Of a stretch of DNA of 43,009 nucleotides, positions 26,871-37,024 are shown piece by piece. The notes beneath the pieces are model-generated. The model saw nothing but the letters and a program-made list of their open reading frames with translations. It did not search any database and was not told where the DNA came from. The stretch's first letter is position 1. Each line of letters begins with the position of its first letter. The stretch spans positions 1 through 43,009 of IMG/VR virus record IMGVR_UViG_3300048855_000065; one strand, 5' to 3'. Position numbers and translations under genes: made by a program. Source of the DNA: a virus (Duplodnaviria > Caudoviricetes).

Positions 26871-27104
26871 GTGGCGCACATCGACGCCTACCGCAAGGAC
26901 ACCGGGGAGAAGGTCCGCATCCCCGAGCACTTCCTCGGCCACCCCGTCCTCGGGGAGCCGTTCCAGAAGACCCGGCCGCGACCCACCGCGACCGAGGGCG
27001 CGGACGACGCGCCCGACACCCCGGCCGAGGACTCGGCGTCCAACCCCGACGACGCCCCGGCGTCGCCGACGACCCGGGCCGCGCGCGCCCCGAAGGGAAA
27101 GTGA
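26871..27104 (+). CDS. Small hypothetical protein
   Basis: AGGAGG RBS; TGEKVRIPEHFLGHPVLG. Confidence 0.7.
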   Translation: MAHIDAYRKDTGEKVRIPEHFLGHPVLGEPFQKTRPRPTATEGADDAPDTPAEDSASNPDDAPASPTTRAARAPKGK

Positions 27105-27110
27105 TCCGGC

Positions 27111-27632
27111 ATGCCTCGCTCCCTGGCTGACGGCAAGACGAAGTTCACCCTGCTCACCACCAAGCCGGCCGACCCGGAGAACCCCACGGTCACCGAGCTC
27201 AACGCCGGACTGCACTTCGAGAAGAACGTGCTCGCCTCCGACTTCCTGTGGGGCGCGACGGACTCCGACAAGGTGGCCGAGAAGGCCCTCGAGACCGAGA
27301 ACAACGCGAACGCGCTCGGCGCCTCGAACTTCCAGGCCGGCTTCACCGTCTTCCGGTACTTCGATGCGACTACCGGCGCCCCGGACCCGACCGAGGACGC
27401 GAAGTTCGCGGCGGTCCGCGCCAAGGGCACCGAGCTCTGGGGCTACTCCCGCAAGACCGGCAAGAAGGCCGGGCTGCCGTGGGGCGACGACGACGAGATC
27501 TACCTCGGCGCCTACATCGTCACCGACGAGCCCCAGCCCCCGTCGGACCTCGGCGGCTACATCAAGTACCGCGTCCCCGCCGAGGTGCAGGAGGCCTGGC
27601 CGTGGATCTCCGCGGCCGCCGCCACGCCCTGA
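27111..27632 (+). CDS. Major tail protein
   Basis: PADPENPTVTELNAG motif; synteny. Confidence 0.85.
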   Translation: MPRSLADGKTKFTLLTTKPADPENPTVTELNAGLHFEKNVLASDFLWGATDSDKVAEKALETENNANALGASNFQAGFTVFRYFDATTGAPDPTEDAKFAAVRAKGTELWGYSRKTGKKAGLPWGDDDEIYLGAYIVTDEPQPPSDLGGYIKYRVPAEVQEAWPWISAAAATP

Positions 27633-27643
27633 CCCCAACGACC

Positions 27644-27737
27644 CCTCCCCGGGCGCGTCTCACAGGTCCGCGCCCGGGGAGGAACACCCCCGACCTGTGA
27701 CCCGACCTGTGAACCCGTGAAGGAGCAAGACCTGTGA
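27644..27737 (+). promoter_or_regulatory. Putative RNA pseudoknot switch upstream of the tail chaperone
   Basis: 14-bp stem; loop 9-mer TCACAGGTC complementary to GACCTGTGA at 27692, 27704 and 27729. Confidence 0.65.
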
Positions 27738-28435
27738 CCGAGACCCCCCAGCCCTCGATCGCCGAGGACGACTTCGACCTCGACGACTGGCTGTCCACCG
27801 GAACCCTCGCCCGCCGCGCCGTCGCGATCTACAACGACCCGGCGCTCGCGGCCGAGTACGACATCCTCGCCGAGCAGGTCGAGGCCGCGGAGCGCGCGGC
27901 GGTCGCTGGCCTGAGCGCGGGCGGGGCCGCGGCGGAGGCCGCCATGGGCGACGACACCGACCTCCCGGAGCTGTACGAGGAGATGGCCCGGCTCCACGAG
28001 CGCTGGGAGGCGTCCAAGGCCGTCTGGATCGTCCGCGCGCTGGTCGAGGACGAGGTGGACGCGATCACCAAGCTGCACCCCGACCCCGAGATCCCCGAGC
28101 TGATCCGCGTGGAGAAGAAGCCGGGAGAGGTGTGGAGCGAGGAGCAGCTCGCGGCGGGCCGGCAGTACCGAGAGCAGCGCGCCGCCGCGCTCACCGCCCG
28201 CAACCTCGCGATGATCGCGAAGGCCGTCGTCGAGGTGCGCACCCCGCGGGGCGTGCGCCGCACGACGGACACCCGTCCGGCCGTGACCGTGGAGCAGATG
28301 CGCGCTCTGCGCGGCCGGCCACACGGCGAGGCCCAGACGGCGCGCCTGCTCCAGGCGGTCGAGTCGGCAACGACCGGTGAGGTGGAGGTCCCGCGCCCTA
28401 CGTCGCCCGGGCGCTCGGGGAGCGACCGGGGCTGA
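27734..28435 (+). CDS. Tail assembly chaperone (G)
   Basis: Between major tail and tape measure genes; AAGGAG RBS. Confidence 0.8.
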   Translation: MTETPQPSIAEDDFDLDDWLSTGTLARRAVAIYNDPALAAEYDILAEQVEAAERAAVAGLSAGGAAAEAAMGDDTDLPELYEEMARLHERWEASKAVWIVRALVEDEVDAITKLHPDPEIPELIRVEKKPGEVWSEEQLAAGRQYREQRAAALTARNLAMIAKAVVEVRTPRGVRRTTDTRPAVTVEQMRALRGRPHGEAQTARLLQAVESATTGEVEVPRPTSPGRSGSDRG

Positions 28436-28746
28436 CGCTCGCCCTCGAGGCGGCGCGCGCGTGGGCCACGGAGCCCGACGTGTACTTCACCTGGTCACCG
28501 CGGTCGCGCGCGCTGGCCGAAGGGCTGCTCGAGCATGAGCGCTCGATCGGCCCGCACGGGATCCGGTGGAGGGATGCGCTCGACCCCGACAACGACGGGT
28601 ACTTCGAGGTCCGAGAGCGCATGGACTACGCGCAGGCCGCGCTCGACCAGTTCCAGAAGGACAACACGAGCAAGGACACCGAGCCGGGCGTTCGCCCCTA
28701 CGTCGTCTTCACCCGCGGCGACGTAGATGAGGACGAAGAGGGCTAG
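28396..28746 (+). CDS. Tail assembly chaperone -1 frame extension (GT)
   Basis: -1 frame open 28381-28746, no good RBS; C-CCT-AC at 28396-28401. Confidence 0.7.
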   Translation, partial: PYVARALGERPGLTLALEAARAWATEPDVYFTWSPRSRALAEGLLEHERSIGPHGIRWRDALDPDNDGYFEVRERMDYAQAALDQFQKDNTSKDTEPGVRPYVVFTRGDVDEDEEG

Positions 28747-28979
28747 CGGCCGTCGCGCAGCTTCCTCGCGCGATCGACGAGCGCCGCGCCGCCGGCCATG
28801 AGCGCCAGTCCGGCGATCAGCAGGGCCGGCGTGACGAGGCCGGAGTACTGCTGCTCCGCCCAGGTCGGGAACGAGAGCACGCCGATCAGCGTGGGGATGC
28901 CTCCGAGCACCAGCAGCGCGATCCCGCGCGTCCGCATCTCGTAGGCGCGGTCCTCGCGCGTCTTCTCGCTCTGCGCCAT
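28743..28979 (-). CDS. Antisense 2-TM membrane protein (moron)
   Basis: GGAGG RBS before ATG 28979; two hydrophobic helices. Confidence 0.75.
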   Translation of the reverse strand: MAQSEKTREDRAYEMRTRGIALLVLGGIPTLIGVLSFPTWAEQQYSGLVTPALLIAGLALMAGGAALVDRARKLRDGR

Positions 28980-29060
28980 CTCGACCTCCGCTGATCTCCG
29001 CGCGCAGGTCGCGCGGTCGGGGGCCATCTAACTGCACATCGCTACCCGCCGGGAGGTGTC

Positions 29061-32000
29061 ATGGCCGACCGGTCGATCTCGGTCTATCTGCGCGCGCAGG
29101 TCGCCGACTTCAAGCGCCAGATGGATGAGGCGTCGAAGGCGACAAAGAAGGTCGGCGAGGACGCCGGGAAGTCGTCCTCGACCGCGACGACCGCCTTGGG
29201 GCGGATGACCCAGAGCGCCCTCGACAACCGCGAGGCGTGGGACCGCGCCGGCACCGCTCTGACGGCGTTCGGCGGCGCCACGGTGGCGGCCCTCGGGTAC
29301 TCGGCGAAGGCAGCGATCGACTGGGAGACGGCGTGGGCCGGCGTCGCCAAGACGGTCGACGGGTCCGAGGCTCAGATGGGCGCGCTCGAGGAGAGCCTGC
29401 GTGGGCTCGCCCGCGAGCTCCCCGCGTCCCACCAGGAGATCGCCGCGGTCGCCGAGGCGGCCGGTCAGCTCGGCGTGGGCATCGGCGGGATCACCTCGTT
29501 CACCCGCACGATGATCGACCTCGGCGAGACCACGAATCTCTCGGCGGACGAGGCGGCCACCGCGATCGCGCAGATGGCCAACGTGATGGGCCTCGACCTG
29601 TCGGGCGGCAGCGACGACGTGCAGCGGTTCGGCGCGACGCTGGTGGCCCTGGGGAACGACGGAGCCTCCACAGAGGCCGAGATCGTCTCGATGGCCCAGC
29701 GCATCGCCGGGTCGGGCAAGCTCGTCGGCGCCACCTCGGGTGAGGTCCTGGCGCTGTCGAACGCCCTGGCGTCGATGGGCGTCACCGCCGAACTCGGTGG
29801 CGGCGTCGCGTCCCGCGTGCTGCAGGACCTCTACACGGCGGTGCAGAACGGCGGGTCGGAGCTCGAGTCGTTCGCGCGCATCGCAGGCGTGTCCGCGCAG
29901 GACTTCGCCACCGCGTTCGGCGATGACCCGATCCGCGCCCTCGGGCTGTTCGCCCAGGGCCTGAACGGCGTCGAGGCGTCCGGCGGCAACGTCGTGTCCA
30001 CCCTCACCGACCTCGGCTTCCGGTCGACCGAGGAACAGCGGATCCTGCTGCAGCTCAAGGCGTCCGGCGACTTGCTGAACGAGTCGCTCGACCTCCAGGC
30101 GCAGGCGTGGGCGGACAACTCCGCGCTCGTCGACGAGGCCGCGAAGCGGTACGACACGACCGCGTCGAAGATCCAGGTGGCGAAGAACAACGTGCAGGAC
30201 GCCGCGATCACCATCGGCGAGGCGTTCCTGCCCGCGATCCAGGCGGCGTCCGACGGTGTGGCGGGGTTCGCGTCGTTCATCGGCGGCCTGCCGGACCCGG
30301 TGCTCAAGGTCGCGACGGGACTCGCAGGGCTCGCAGGCGGGGCCTCCCTCGCTGGCGGCGCGTTCCTCCTGATGCTCCCGCGGGCGCTCGAGACGGTCAA
30401 CGCGCTGAAGGACATCGGAGCGATCAGCCCTCGAGCGGTCACGGCCCTCGGCCGAATCGGCGCGAACACGGCAAAGATCGGCGGCGCCGCGGCGGCGCTG
30501 GTCGGGATCGCCGCGGCGCTAAACGAGATCAACGCCGCGTCGCTCGACGCCGTTCCGTCCGTCGAGCAGATGACCAAGGCACTGCTCGACGCGGAGGGCG
30601 TCAAGGGCGTCGACGCCGCGTTCGCCGGTCTGTCCGAGACGTTCGACGACATGAAGGGCGCGGCAGACCGCGCCCTGCGCAGCGACATCAACACCTGGGC
30701 CGACCGCAACATCGGCGGCCTGCTCGGGCTCTCGACGGCCACGGGGACGGCCGAGGAGGCGTTCACGCAGCTCGGCAGCGCCCTCTCGACGATCTACGCG
30801 TCGAACCCCGAGGAGGCGGAGCGCCGGTTCGCGGCCGCGATGGAGGAGACCGGCCGCACCCGCGAGGAACTGCTCGGCCTCATGGGTCCCTACGCCGACG
30901 CGCTAGCCGCGGCGGACGTGCAGCAGCAGCTCGTGGGGGAGTCCGCCACCGGCATGGCCGGCCAGATGGACGGGCTGGCGCAGGCGACGTCCGAGGTGGA
31001 CGAGGAGCTGCAGAAGTGGCTCGACGACGTGGCGGCCACTGATGCGTCGTTCGTCGACGCGTTCGGCGCCTACGACACTCTGATCCAGAAGAACAAGGAC
31101 GCCGCCCAGGCAACCGCGGACGCCACCGAGTCCGCGGAGGACTCGTGGGAGAACTTCTACGACGGCTTCTCGGTTTCCACCGAGGAGTACCTCGCGGAGC
31201 TGCAGCGGCAGGTTGACGCGCAGACCGCCTGGGAGACGAACCTCCTCCTGCTCTCGGGCCGGGTGTCGCAGGGCACGATCGATGAGCTGTACCGGATGGG
31301 CTCCGAGGGCGCCCCGCTCGTGGCGCAGCTCGTGAACGCGTCCGACGAGGAGCTCGCCCGGATGGAAGAGCTCTTCGGGCAGCGGTCCGCGACCGCGACG
31401 GGGAACTTCGCGGCGTCCCTCAACGACGCCGGCCCGGTGATCCGGGCCGCCGCCGCGACGCTGGGAACCGACGCGGCCGTCGAGATCGCCACGAAGCTCG
31501 CCAACGGGACGGCGACGGTCGAGCAGATCATGGCCGAGTACGGGATCACGATCGAGGGTCTCGACCCCACGGTGACGGTGAGCGCTGACACGGAGTCCGC
31601 CTCGGCGGAGCTCAACAACTTCATCGGCACCTGGAACGGAAAGACCATCGCCGTGTCCCGGGCCGCGGTCACGTACTCCGCCTCTGGCGGCATGCCCGGC
31701 GGGGGCACCGCGACCCGCCCGCCCGGGCACGCCGATGGCGGCCCGATCTACGGCCCCGGCACCGAGACCTCGGACAGCATCCTGCGCCGGCTGTCGCACA
31801 ACGAGCACGTGTGGTCCGCCGCCGAGGTGCGCGGCGCTGGCGGCCACGCCCAGGTCGCACGGATGCGAGCCGCAGCTCGCGTCGGCGCCCTCTCCGGAGG
31901 ACTCCCGGGCTTCCGCAACGGCGGCTCGCCCGGCTACGCGCAGTCGCTCCCACCCGTCGTCGTCGGCGCCGGCGTCGACGCCGCAGCGCTCGCGGCGGCG

Positions 32001-32147
32001 ATGTCCGGGATGGCGTTCGTGCTCTCGATCGACGGAGAGCCGGTCCGCGCGATCGCCACCCTCGAGGCGAACCGTGCGGCGCTGTCGCTGGCCGCGGCGG
32101 TGGGTGACGCAGGAGTGGTCCAGAGCAGGCAGGGGAAGTACCGATGA
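29061..32147 (+). CDS. Tape measure protein (TP901 family)
   Basis: 1028 aa Ala-rich helical; AAIDWETAWAGVAKT..AEAAGQLG; C-terminal GPGTETSDSI. Confidence 0.95.
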   Translation: MADRSISVYLRAQVADFKRQMDEASKATKKVGEDAGKSSSTATTALGRMTQSALDNREAWDRAGTALTAFGGATVAALGYSAKAAIDWETAWAGVAKTVDGSEAQMGALEESLRGLARELPASHQEIAAVAEAAGQLGVGIGGITSFTRTMIDLGETTNLSADEAATAIAQMANVMGLDLSGGSDDVQRFGATLVALGNDGASTEAEIVSMAQRIAGSGKLVGATSGEVLALSNALASMGVTAELGGGVASRVLQDLYTAVQNGGSELESFARIAGVSAQDFATAFGDDPIRALGLFAQGLNGVEASGGNVVSTLTDLGFRSTEEQRILLQLKASGDLLNESLDLQAQAWADNSALVDEAAKRYDTTASKIQVAKNNVQDAAITIGEAFLPAIQAASDGVAGFASFIGGLPDPVLKVATGLAGLAGGASLAGGAFLLMLPRALETVNALKDIGAISPRAVTALGRIGANTAKIGGAAAALVGIAAALNEINAASLDAVPSVEQMTKALLDAEGVKGVDAAFAGLSETFDDMKGAADRALRSDINTWADRNIGGLLGLSTATGTAEEAFTQLGSALSTIYASNPEEAERRFAAAMEETGRTREELLGLMGPYADALAAADVQQQLVGESATGMAGQMDGLAQATSEVDEELQKWLDDVAATDASFVDAFGAYDTLIQKNKDAAQATADATESAEDSWENFYDGFSVSTEEYLAELQRQVDAQTAWETNLLLLSGRVSQGTIDELYRMGSEGAPLVAQLVNASDEELARMEELFGQRSATATGNFAASLNDAGPVIRAAAATLGTDAAVEIATKLANGTATVEQIMAEYGITIEGLDPTVTVSADTESASAELNNFIGTWNGKTIAVSRAAVTYSASGGMPGGGTATRPPGHADGGPIYGPGTETSDSILRRLSHNEHVWSAAEVRGAGGHAQVARMRAAARVGALSGGLPGFRNGGSPGYAQSLPPVVVGAGVDAAALAAAMSGMAFVLSIDGEPVRAIATLEANRAALSLAAAVGDAGVVQSRQGKYR

Positions 32148-33019
32148 GCATCACCGAGCAGGCCGCGGTGTTCAACCTGCGGGGCCTCGAGTTCGGGCAC
32201 CCGCGGGGCCCTCTGCGGACCTTCGGATGGGCGCCGGGCTCGCTGGACTACCTCACGCGGGACCTCGACCGTCCGGGTGTGGGCGGCATGGTGCCCGGCC
32301 GGGACGTGCGGCGCGGGCGGTCGTGGGAGATCTGGCTCCGCACGCTCGCCGACGACCGCGATGCCGCAGGCGCTCACGACCTCGTCGCGGCGCTCGCGGC
32401 GGTGTGGCACTCGGACGACCTCAGCACGGGCGAGGACGTCTCGCTGCGGTATCTGCTTGCCGGACGGTGGCGGCGGGTCTATGGCCGCCCGCGACGTTTC
32501 GTGCTGCCCTCGACGGACGTCATGGTCCGCCAGGGCCGGGCGGACGTGACGGTCACGTTCGACCTCACGGACCCCCTGCACTACAGCGAGGACGAGCAGC
32601 GGGTGCCGCTCGGCATCGTGCCAGCGTCGAGCGCGCAGCTGCGGTTCCCGACCGCGCCCCCGTTCCGGTGGACGTCCGAGGGCGAGCAGACCGTGCGGGG
32701 AGCGACCGTCGGAGGCGACGCGGCGACGCCGATGACGGTGCGGTTCTTCGGTCCGGTGTCGCGTCCGTGGGTGCGCGTCGGTGGGGTGCTGGTCCAGGTC
32801 CTCGGTGACGTGGCCTACGACCAGGTGCTCGAGCTCGATGCCCGTCGCCTGCTGATCACGGTGAACGGGGTGCCGACGCCGGGGATGCTCTCGCCGGCCA
32901 CCCGGTTCGCGGATCTACGACTGGCGCCGGGCGTGCACGAGGTCGTCTACGGCGGCACGGATGTCACCGGCACGAGCCGCGTCGAGGTGGCGTGGCGGGA
33001 CGCATGGAGGTCGCTGTGA
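32144..33019 (+). CDS. Distal tail (Dit-like) protein
   Basis: Follows tape measure; RRVYGRPRRF..DPLHY..VAWRDAW. Confidence 0.8.
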   Translation: MSITEQAAVFNLRGLEFGHPRGPLRTFGWAPGSLDYLTRDLDRPGVGGMVPGRDVRRGRSWEIWLRTLADDRDAAGAHDLVAALAAVWHSDDLSTGEDVSLRYLLAGRWRRVYGRPRRFVLPSTDVMVRQGRADVTVTFDLTDPLHYSEDEQRVPLGIVPASSAQLRFPTAPPFRWTSEGEQTVRGATVGGDAATPMTVRFFGPVSRPWVRVGGVLVQVLGDVAYDQVLELDARRLLITVNGVPTPGMLSPATRFADLRLAPGVHEVVYGGTDVTGTSRVEVAWRDAWRSL

Positions 33020-33044
33020 GCGGCACGACGAGAGGGATGCGCTG

Positions 33045-33977
33045 ATGCCTGCTGTGTGGGCGATCGATGAGGTGGACGTTCCGGCCCGGGTTGCGCGCGC
33101 CGTGGCCTACGTGGGGATCGCGGGTGCCTCCGGGGTGATCGAGCCCGGCGGGCTGAAGGTTCAGCCGCTGGCCGTCCCTGGCGAGAAGGTCCGCGTGATG
33201 CCGGGGGCGGCATCGGTCCTGAACCGCTACCCCGGCGGGTCGCTGCAGGCCTACGCGCTGTACGAGCAGGTGCAGCAGGAGATCGACATCGCTCCGACGA
33301 CCTCCGCAGGGCCGCGCACTGACCTGGTGATCGCTCGCGTCTACGACCCCGAGTACGCCACCGTCGCGGACCCGGGCGGGACGTTCGAGGTGATCCAGGG
33401 CGTGCCGACCGGCGCCACCGGAGCCTACGTCGAGGCGCTGCCCTACCCCGCCGAGGCACTCGCCCGGATCACCGTCCCGGCGTCCACCGCCACGATCACC
33501 GCGGCGATGATCACCGATCTGCGCACCCTGGCTCGCCCGCGTCAGGAGCGCCGGAACTACTTCGCGCAGGTCAGCTCGCAGCAGGACCTCACGCCGCCGG
33601 CCGGTGCCTTCATGGACTGGCCGGCGTCGTTCCGGCCCTCGGTGCCAGTGCCGAAGTGGGCCACGCACGCCGACATCAAGGTCACGCTCACCGGGATCTA
33701 CGCGATCACCGCCGCGGTCGCCGGGGTCACCCGGCTCACCCTCGGCGGGGTCGGCGTGCCGGACGTGCAGTACGACACGCCCGCGGCGACCAACCCGGCG
33801 GATCCCAACACGATGGTGATCGTCATGGGCGGCACGATCCCCGTCGCCGCCATGGCCGGCACCTCGCAGACGATCAAGACCTCCGGGACCCGCCTGGCGG
33901 GGTCGGGTGCGCTGCGCGCCAGCGTCGGGCGCTGCTCGGTCCTGTTCGAGGTCGAGTTCCAGGAGCGGGCCGTCTGA
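33045..33977 (+). CDS. Minor tail protein
   Basis: GLKVQP..PRTDLVIARVYDP..LARITVPA..ITDLR. Confidence 0.8.
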   Translation: MPAVWAIDEVDVPARVARAVAYVGIAGASGVIEPGGLKVQPLAVPGEKVRVMPGAASVLNRYPGGSLQAYALYEQVQQEIDIAPTTSAGPRTDLVIARVYDPEYATVADPGGTFEVIQGVPTGATGAYVEALPYPAEALARITVPASTATITAAMITDLRTLARPRQERRNYFAQVSSQQDLTPPAGAFMDWPASFRPSVPVPKWATHADIKVTLTGIYAITAAVAGVTRLTLGGVGVPDVQYDTPAATNPADPNTMVIVMGGTIPVAAMAGTSQTIKTSGTRLAGSGALRASVGRCSVLFEVEFQERAV

Positions 33978-35047
33978 TGGCCGGCGCGTGGCGGTACGTG
34001 TGCTTCGCCGAGCCCTCGGGCGCCTACCTCGGCGAGGTCGAGCTCGCGGACGTCCGGATCAGCCGCGTGCTGTCGGGCCCGGACCGGCTGACCGGTGCCG
34101 TGGTCGGGGACTCCCCGGAGTGGCTGCGGGCGTGGGAGGTCTCCGTGTACGCGGAGAACCCGGCCGGGCAGATCGCCGGCGGCGGGCTGCTCACGCCCGC
34201 TGGTGGGCTGACCCGGCAGCAGACCTTCGTCGACGCCATGGGGCGCGCGGGCTACCCCGGCGGGATGCCGTGGCTCGGTGAGCCGCAGGCGCTCATCGGG
34301 GCCGACCCGCTGGACATCGTCCGCCTGATCTGGGCGCACCTGCAGGCGCAGCCGTCGGGCTACATCCGGGTCGCGGTGGACGCCACCACCAGCCCGGTCC
34401 GTGTCGGAACCGCGGAGGACACGACGGCTCCGTCCGGCGAGACCGGCCCGTTCCGCCTGGAGTGGTGGTCGACCACCGACCTCGGGTCGACGATCGACAA
34501 GCTCGCCCTCGAGACCCCGTTCGACTACCTCGAGGCGACCACCTGGAACGCGGACAAGACCGCCCTCACCCACCGGCTGAGCCTGGGGTACCCCGCGCTG
34601 GGGTCGCGGCGCACGGACCTGCGTCTGGTCGTCGGGGAGAACATCATCTCGATCCCGGACCTGTCCGGCACGGACGACCTGTACGCCTCCGAGGTCCTGG
34701 CCCTGGGAACGGGCACTGGCCGCACGCGCGTGCGCGCGCAGCTCACGCGGCCGGGCGCGGTCGGCGTGCGACGCGTGCTGGTCTACACCGACTCCTCGGC
34801 CCGCACCGCGACCCAGCTCACCGCGGCGGCTCGGACGGACCTGTCCTGGCGCGACGGTGAGCCGCAGCTCGACCGCATCACCGTGGTCGACCACCCCAAC
34901 GCCTCGCTGTCGGCCCTGACCCCGGGAGACGAGGTCTTCGTGGCAGGTGAGGTCGGCCAGGTGAAGCTGGACCGCTGGGTGCGGATCACGGAGGTGGAGA
35001 CCACCCCGGGCACAGACCAGGCGATCCTCAGTCTCGTGGAGGTGTGA
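33977..35047 (+). CDS. Minor tail/baseplate hub protein
   Basis: PFDYLE..LGYPALGSRRTDLRLVVGENI; synteny. Confidence 0.75.
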   Translation: MAGAWRYVCFAEPSGAYLGEVELADVRISRVLSGPDRLTGAVVGDSPEWLRAWEVSVYAENPAGQIAGGGLLTPAGGLTRQQTFVDAMGRAGYPGGMPWLGEPQALIGADPLDIVRLIWAHLQAQPSGYIRVAVDATTSPVRVGTAEDTTAPSGETGPFRLEWWSTTDLGSTIDKLALETPFDYLEATTWNADKTALTHRLSLGYPALGSRRTDLRLVVGENIISIPDLSGTDDLYASEVLALGTGTGRTRVRAQLTRPGAVGVRRVLVYTDSSARTATQLTAAARTDLSWRDGEPQLDRITVVDHPNASLSALTPGDEVFVAGEVGQVKLDRWVRITEVETTPGTDQAILSLVEV

Positions 35048-36921
35048 GCGTGAGCCTTGCCGACCGCGACCCGCACACCTGGTCCCAGCTGCAGAAGGTC
35101 GCCCGGCAGCTGGTGTCGCTGCAGCGGCAGGTGAACCGCCTCGCCGACACCCCCGCGCTGAGCCTGTCCGCGATCGAGGGCGGCGCGATCGATGGCTACA
35201 CCACCGACGGGCAGCTGACCACTCGCACCGGCGAGCAGCACGACGGCACGTTCGTCTCCGTGTCGCTGGCCGGGCCGACCCCGCCGGCACCGACCGTGCC
35301 GATCCTGGACGCCGGGCCGGGGCTGGCGAACATCGCGTGGGACGGCGGCTTCGTCGACGACGCGCTCACCCCGATGGACTTCTCCCGGGTCGAGGTGTAC
35401 GTCAGCTCGAGCCCGATCACCGACCCGCTGCCGGCGTTCCTGATCGGCACCATCGAGACACCCCAGGGCGCCGAGGTGGTGACCCGACGCGAGGCCGGCC
35501 TGTACTACGTCCGGCTCGCCACCCGGTCCGCGTCCGGGAAGGTGTCCGCGCTCTCCGAGCAGGCCACCGTCACGATCGAGGAGCAGGTCGACCCGGAGGC
35601 CATCGCCGAGCAGATCGCGTCGAAGACCTCCATCTACCGCCACACGACGGACCCCGTCGAGTCGGGCACCGCGGTCGGCGACCTGTGGTGGAAGCTCGAC
35701 GGGGCCGGCGCGGTCATCGGCCAGTGGACCTGGGACGGCGACTCGTGGGAGGTGCTGCCGATCAGCGGCGTGCTCATCGCCGCCGAGACCATCGCCGCGG
35801 CCCAGATCGCGACCGCGTCCCTGACGGCCGACAAGTTCGTCGCCGGCACGCTCACCGCGCGCGAGCTGGCGCTGGGCATCTTCCGGTCGCAGCGGGTCGC
35901 CAACCCGGGGTTCGAGATCACCCACCCCACCGGGCCGGCGAAGCAGGGCAGCTACCTCACGATCCCGGGCTGGACGATGGAGGCCGGCGCGAACGGCACC
36001 GCGTGGGCGTTCGAGTACAAGCAGGCGGTGGCCGCGTACAGCGGCTTCGGCAAGGCGGTCCTGACGAACAACGGCGCCGGCGACGTCGGCGTCACCATGC
36101 TCAGCGACCGCTTCCCCGTGAACGTGGGCGAGCAGCTCAACGCGACGGTCATGGCGATGAGCACCACCACGGCCCGCGCAGGTGTCGGGGTGTGGATCCG
36201 GTTCTACGACGCTGCCGGCGCGGTCATCTCCACGCCGAGCTTGTTCGTGGGGTACGTCGAGGGATCGGGCAACGCCTACGCACCCGTGTTCACCACCGCG
36301 GTGACCGTGCCCGCCGCGGCCGTCACGGGCCGCCTGATGATCCAGAACCGCAGGTCCGTCGGGTCCACCGGCATCAACTACCTGCTCATCGACGACGTGG
36401 CGGTCTTCCCCGTCGGCGTCGACTCGATGGACCTGTCCCCGAGCGCGTTCCGGATGTGGAACAGCCTCAACGGGAGCAGCCCGTCGGTCGACATCACGGC
36501 GACCTGGGCGAAGTTCCCCAACCTCGAGGCGCAGAACGGGGTCATCAACGGCGACCTGAACGTGACGGGCACGCTGTCCTCCCAGGACTCGTTCACCGCG
36601 CAGTACGCCAGCGTCAGCCAGCAGCTGACGGTGAAGAACCGCCGCATCGAGCCGTTCGTGCGCACGATCGCCACCAACGCGCTCGGGCGCGCCTGGTGGC
36701 CGCACGGCCTGGGCGCCACGCCCGCGGGCGTCATGGTCGTCTCAGCCATGGACACCGTCGGTGGCCCGACGTTCCCCGTCATCGGCGTCATGGAGCGCGT
36801 CTCCGGCGACGTGCCGACGAACGCCACCAACGTCGCGATCCGGCTGATGGGCAACTCAAACTCGGCGTGGGGCGCCGTGACCGCCGGCACGTGGACCGTC
36901 GCAGGGTTCTACATCGTCTGA
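35044..36921 (+). CDS. Tail fibre/receptor-binding protein with CBM-like domain
   Basis: GPTPPAPTVP, GDLWW, VANPGFE..IDDV beta-rich module; last tail gene. Confidence 0.75.
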   Translation: MSVSLADRDPHTWSQLQKVARQLVSLQRQVNRLADTPALSLSAIEGGAIDGYTTDGQLTTRTGEQHDGTFVSVSLAGPTPPAPTVPILDAGPGLANIAWDGGFVDDALTPMDFSRVEVYVSSSPITDPLPAFLIGTIETPQGAEVVTRREAGLYYVRLATRSASGKVSALSEQATVTIEEQVDPEAIAEQIASKTSIYRHTTDPVESGTAVGDLWWKLDGAGAVIGQWTWDGDSWEVLPISGVLIAAETIAAAQIATASLTADKFVAGTLTARELALGIFRSQRVANPGFEITHPTGPAKQGSYLTIPGWTMEAGANGTAWAFEYKQAVAAYSGFGKAVLTNNGAGDVGVTMLSDRFPVNVGEQLNATVMAMSTTTARAGVGVWIRFYDAAGAVISTPSLFVGYVEGSGNAYAPVFTTAVTVPAAAVTGRLMIQNRRSVGSTGINYLLIDDVAVFPVGVDSMDLSPSAFRMWNSLNGSSPSVDITATWAKFPNLEAQNGVINGDLNVTGTLSSQDSFTAQYASVSQQLTVKNRRIEPFVRTIATNALGRAWWPHGLGATPAGVMVVSAMDTVGGPTFPVIGVMERVSGDVPTNATNVAIRLMGNSNSAWGAVTAGTWTVAGFYIV

Positions 36922-37024
36922 CACGCCGCCGGGGCCACGGCATCGGCCCGCGCCCGCGTCACCAACGCTGCGGGTCGGTCCAGCCAGCGCCCGATCACCC
37001 ACTCGACGTACAGGGAGCCCCCTC

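Noticed and set aside
27689-27720. Tandem repeats here and at 15634-15764 as a possible mini-CRISPR
   Set aside because: Units are 6-12 bp with no spacers and no cas genes
35044-36921. Tail-fibre diversification (DGR or invertible segment)
   Set aside because: No reverse transcriptase, invertase, template repeat or flanking inverted repeats seen
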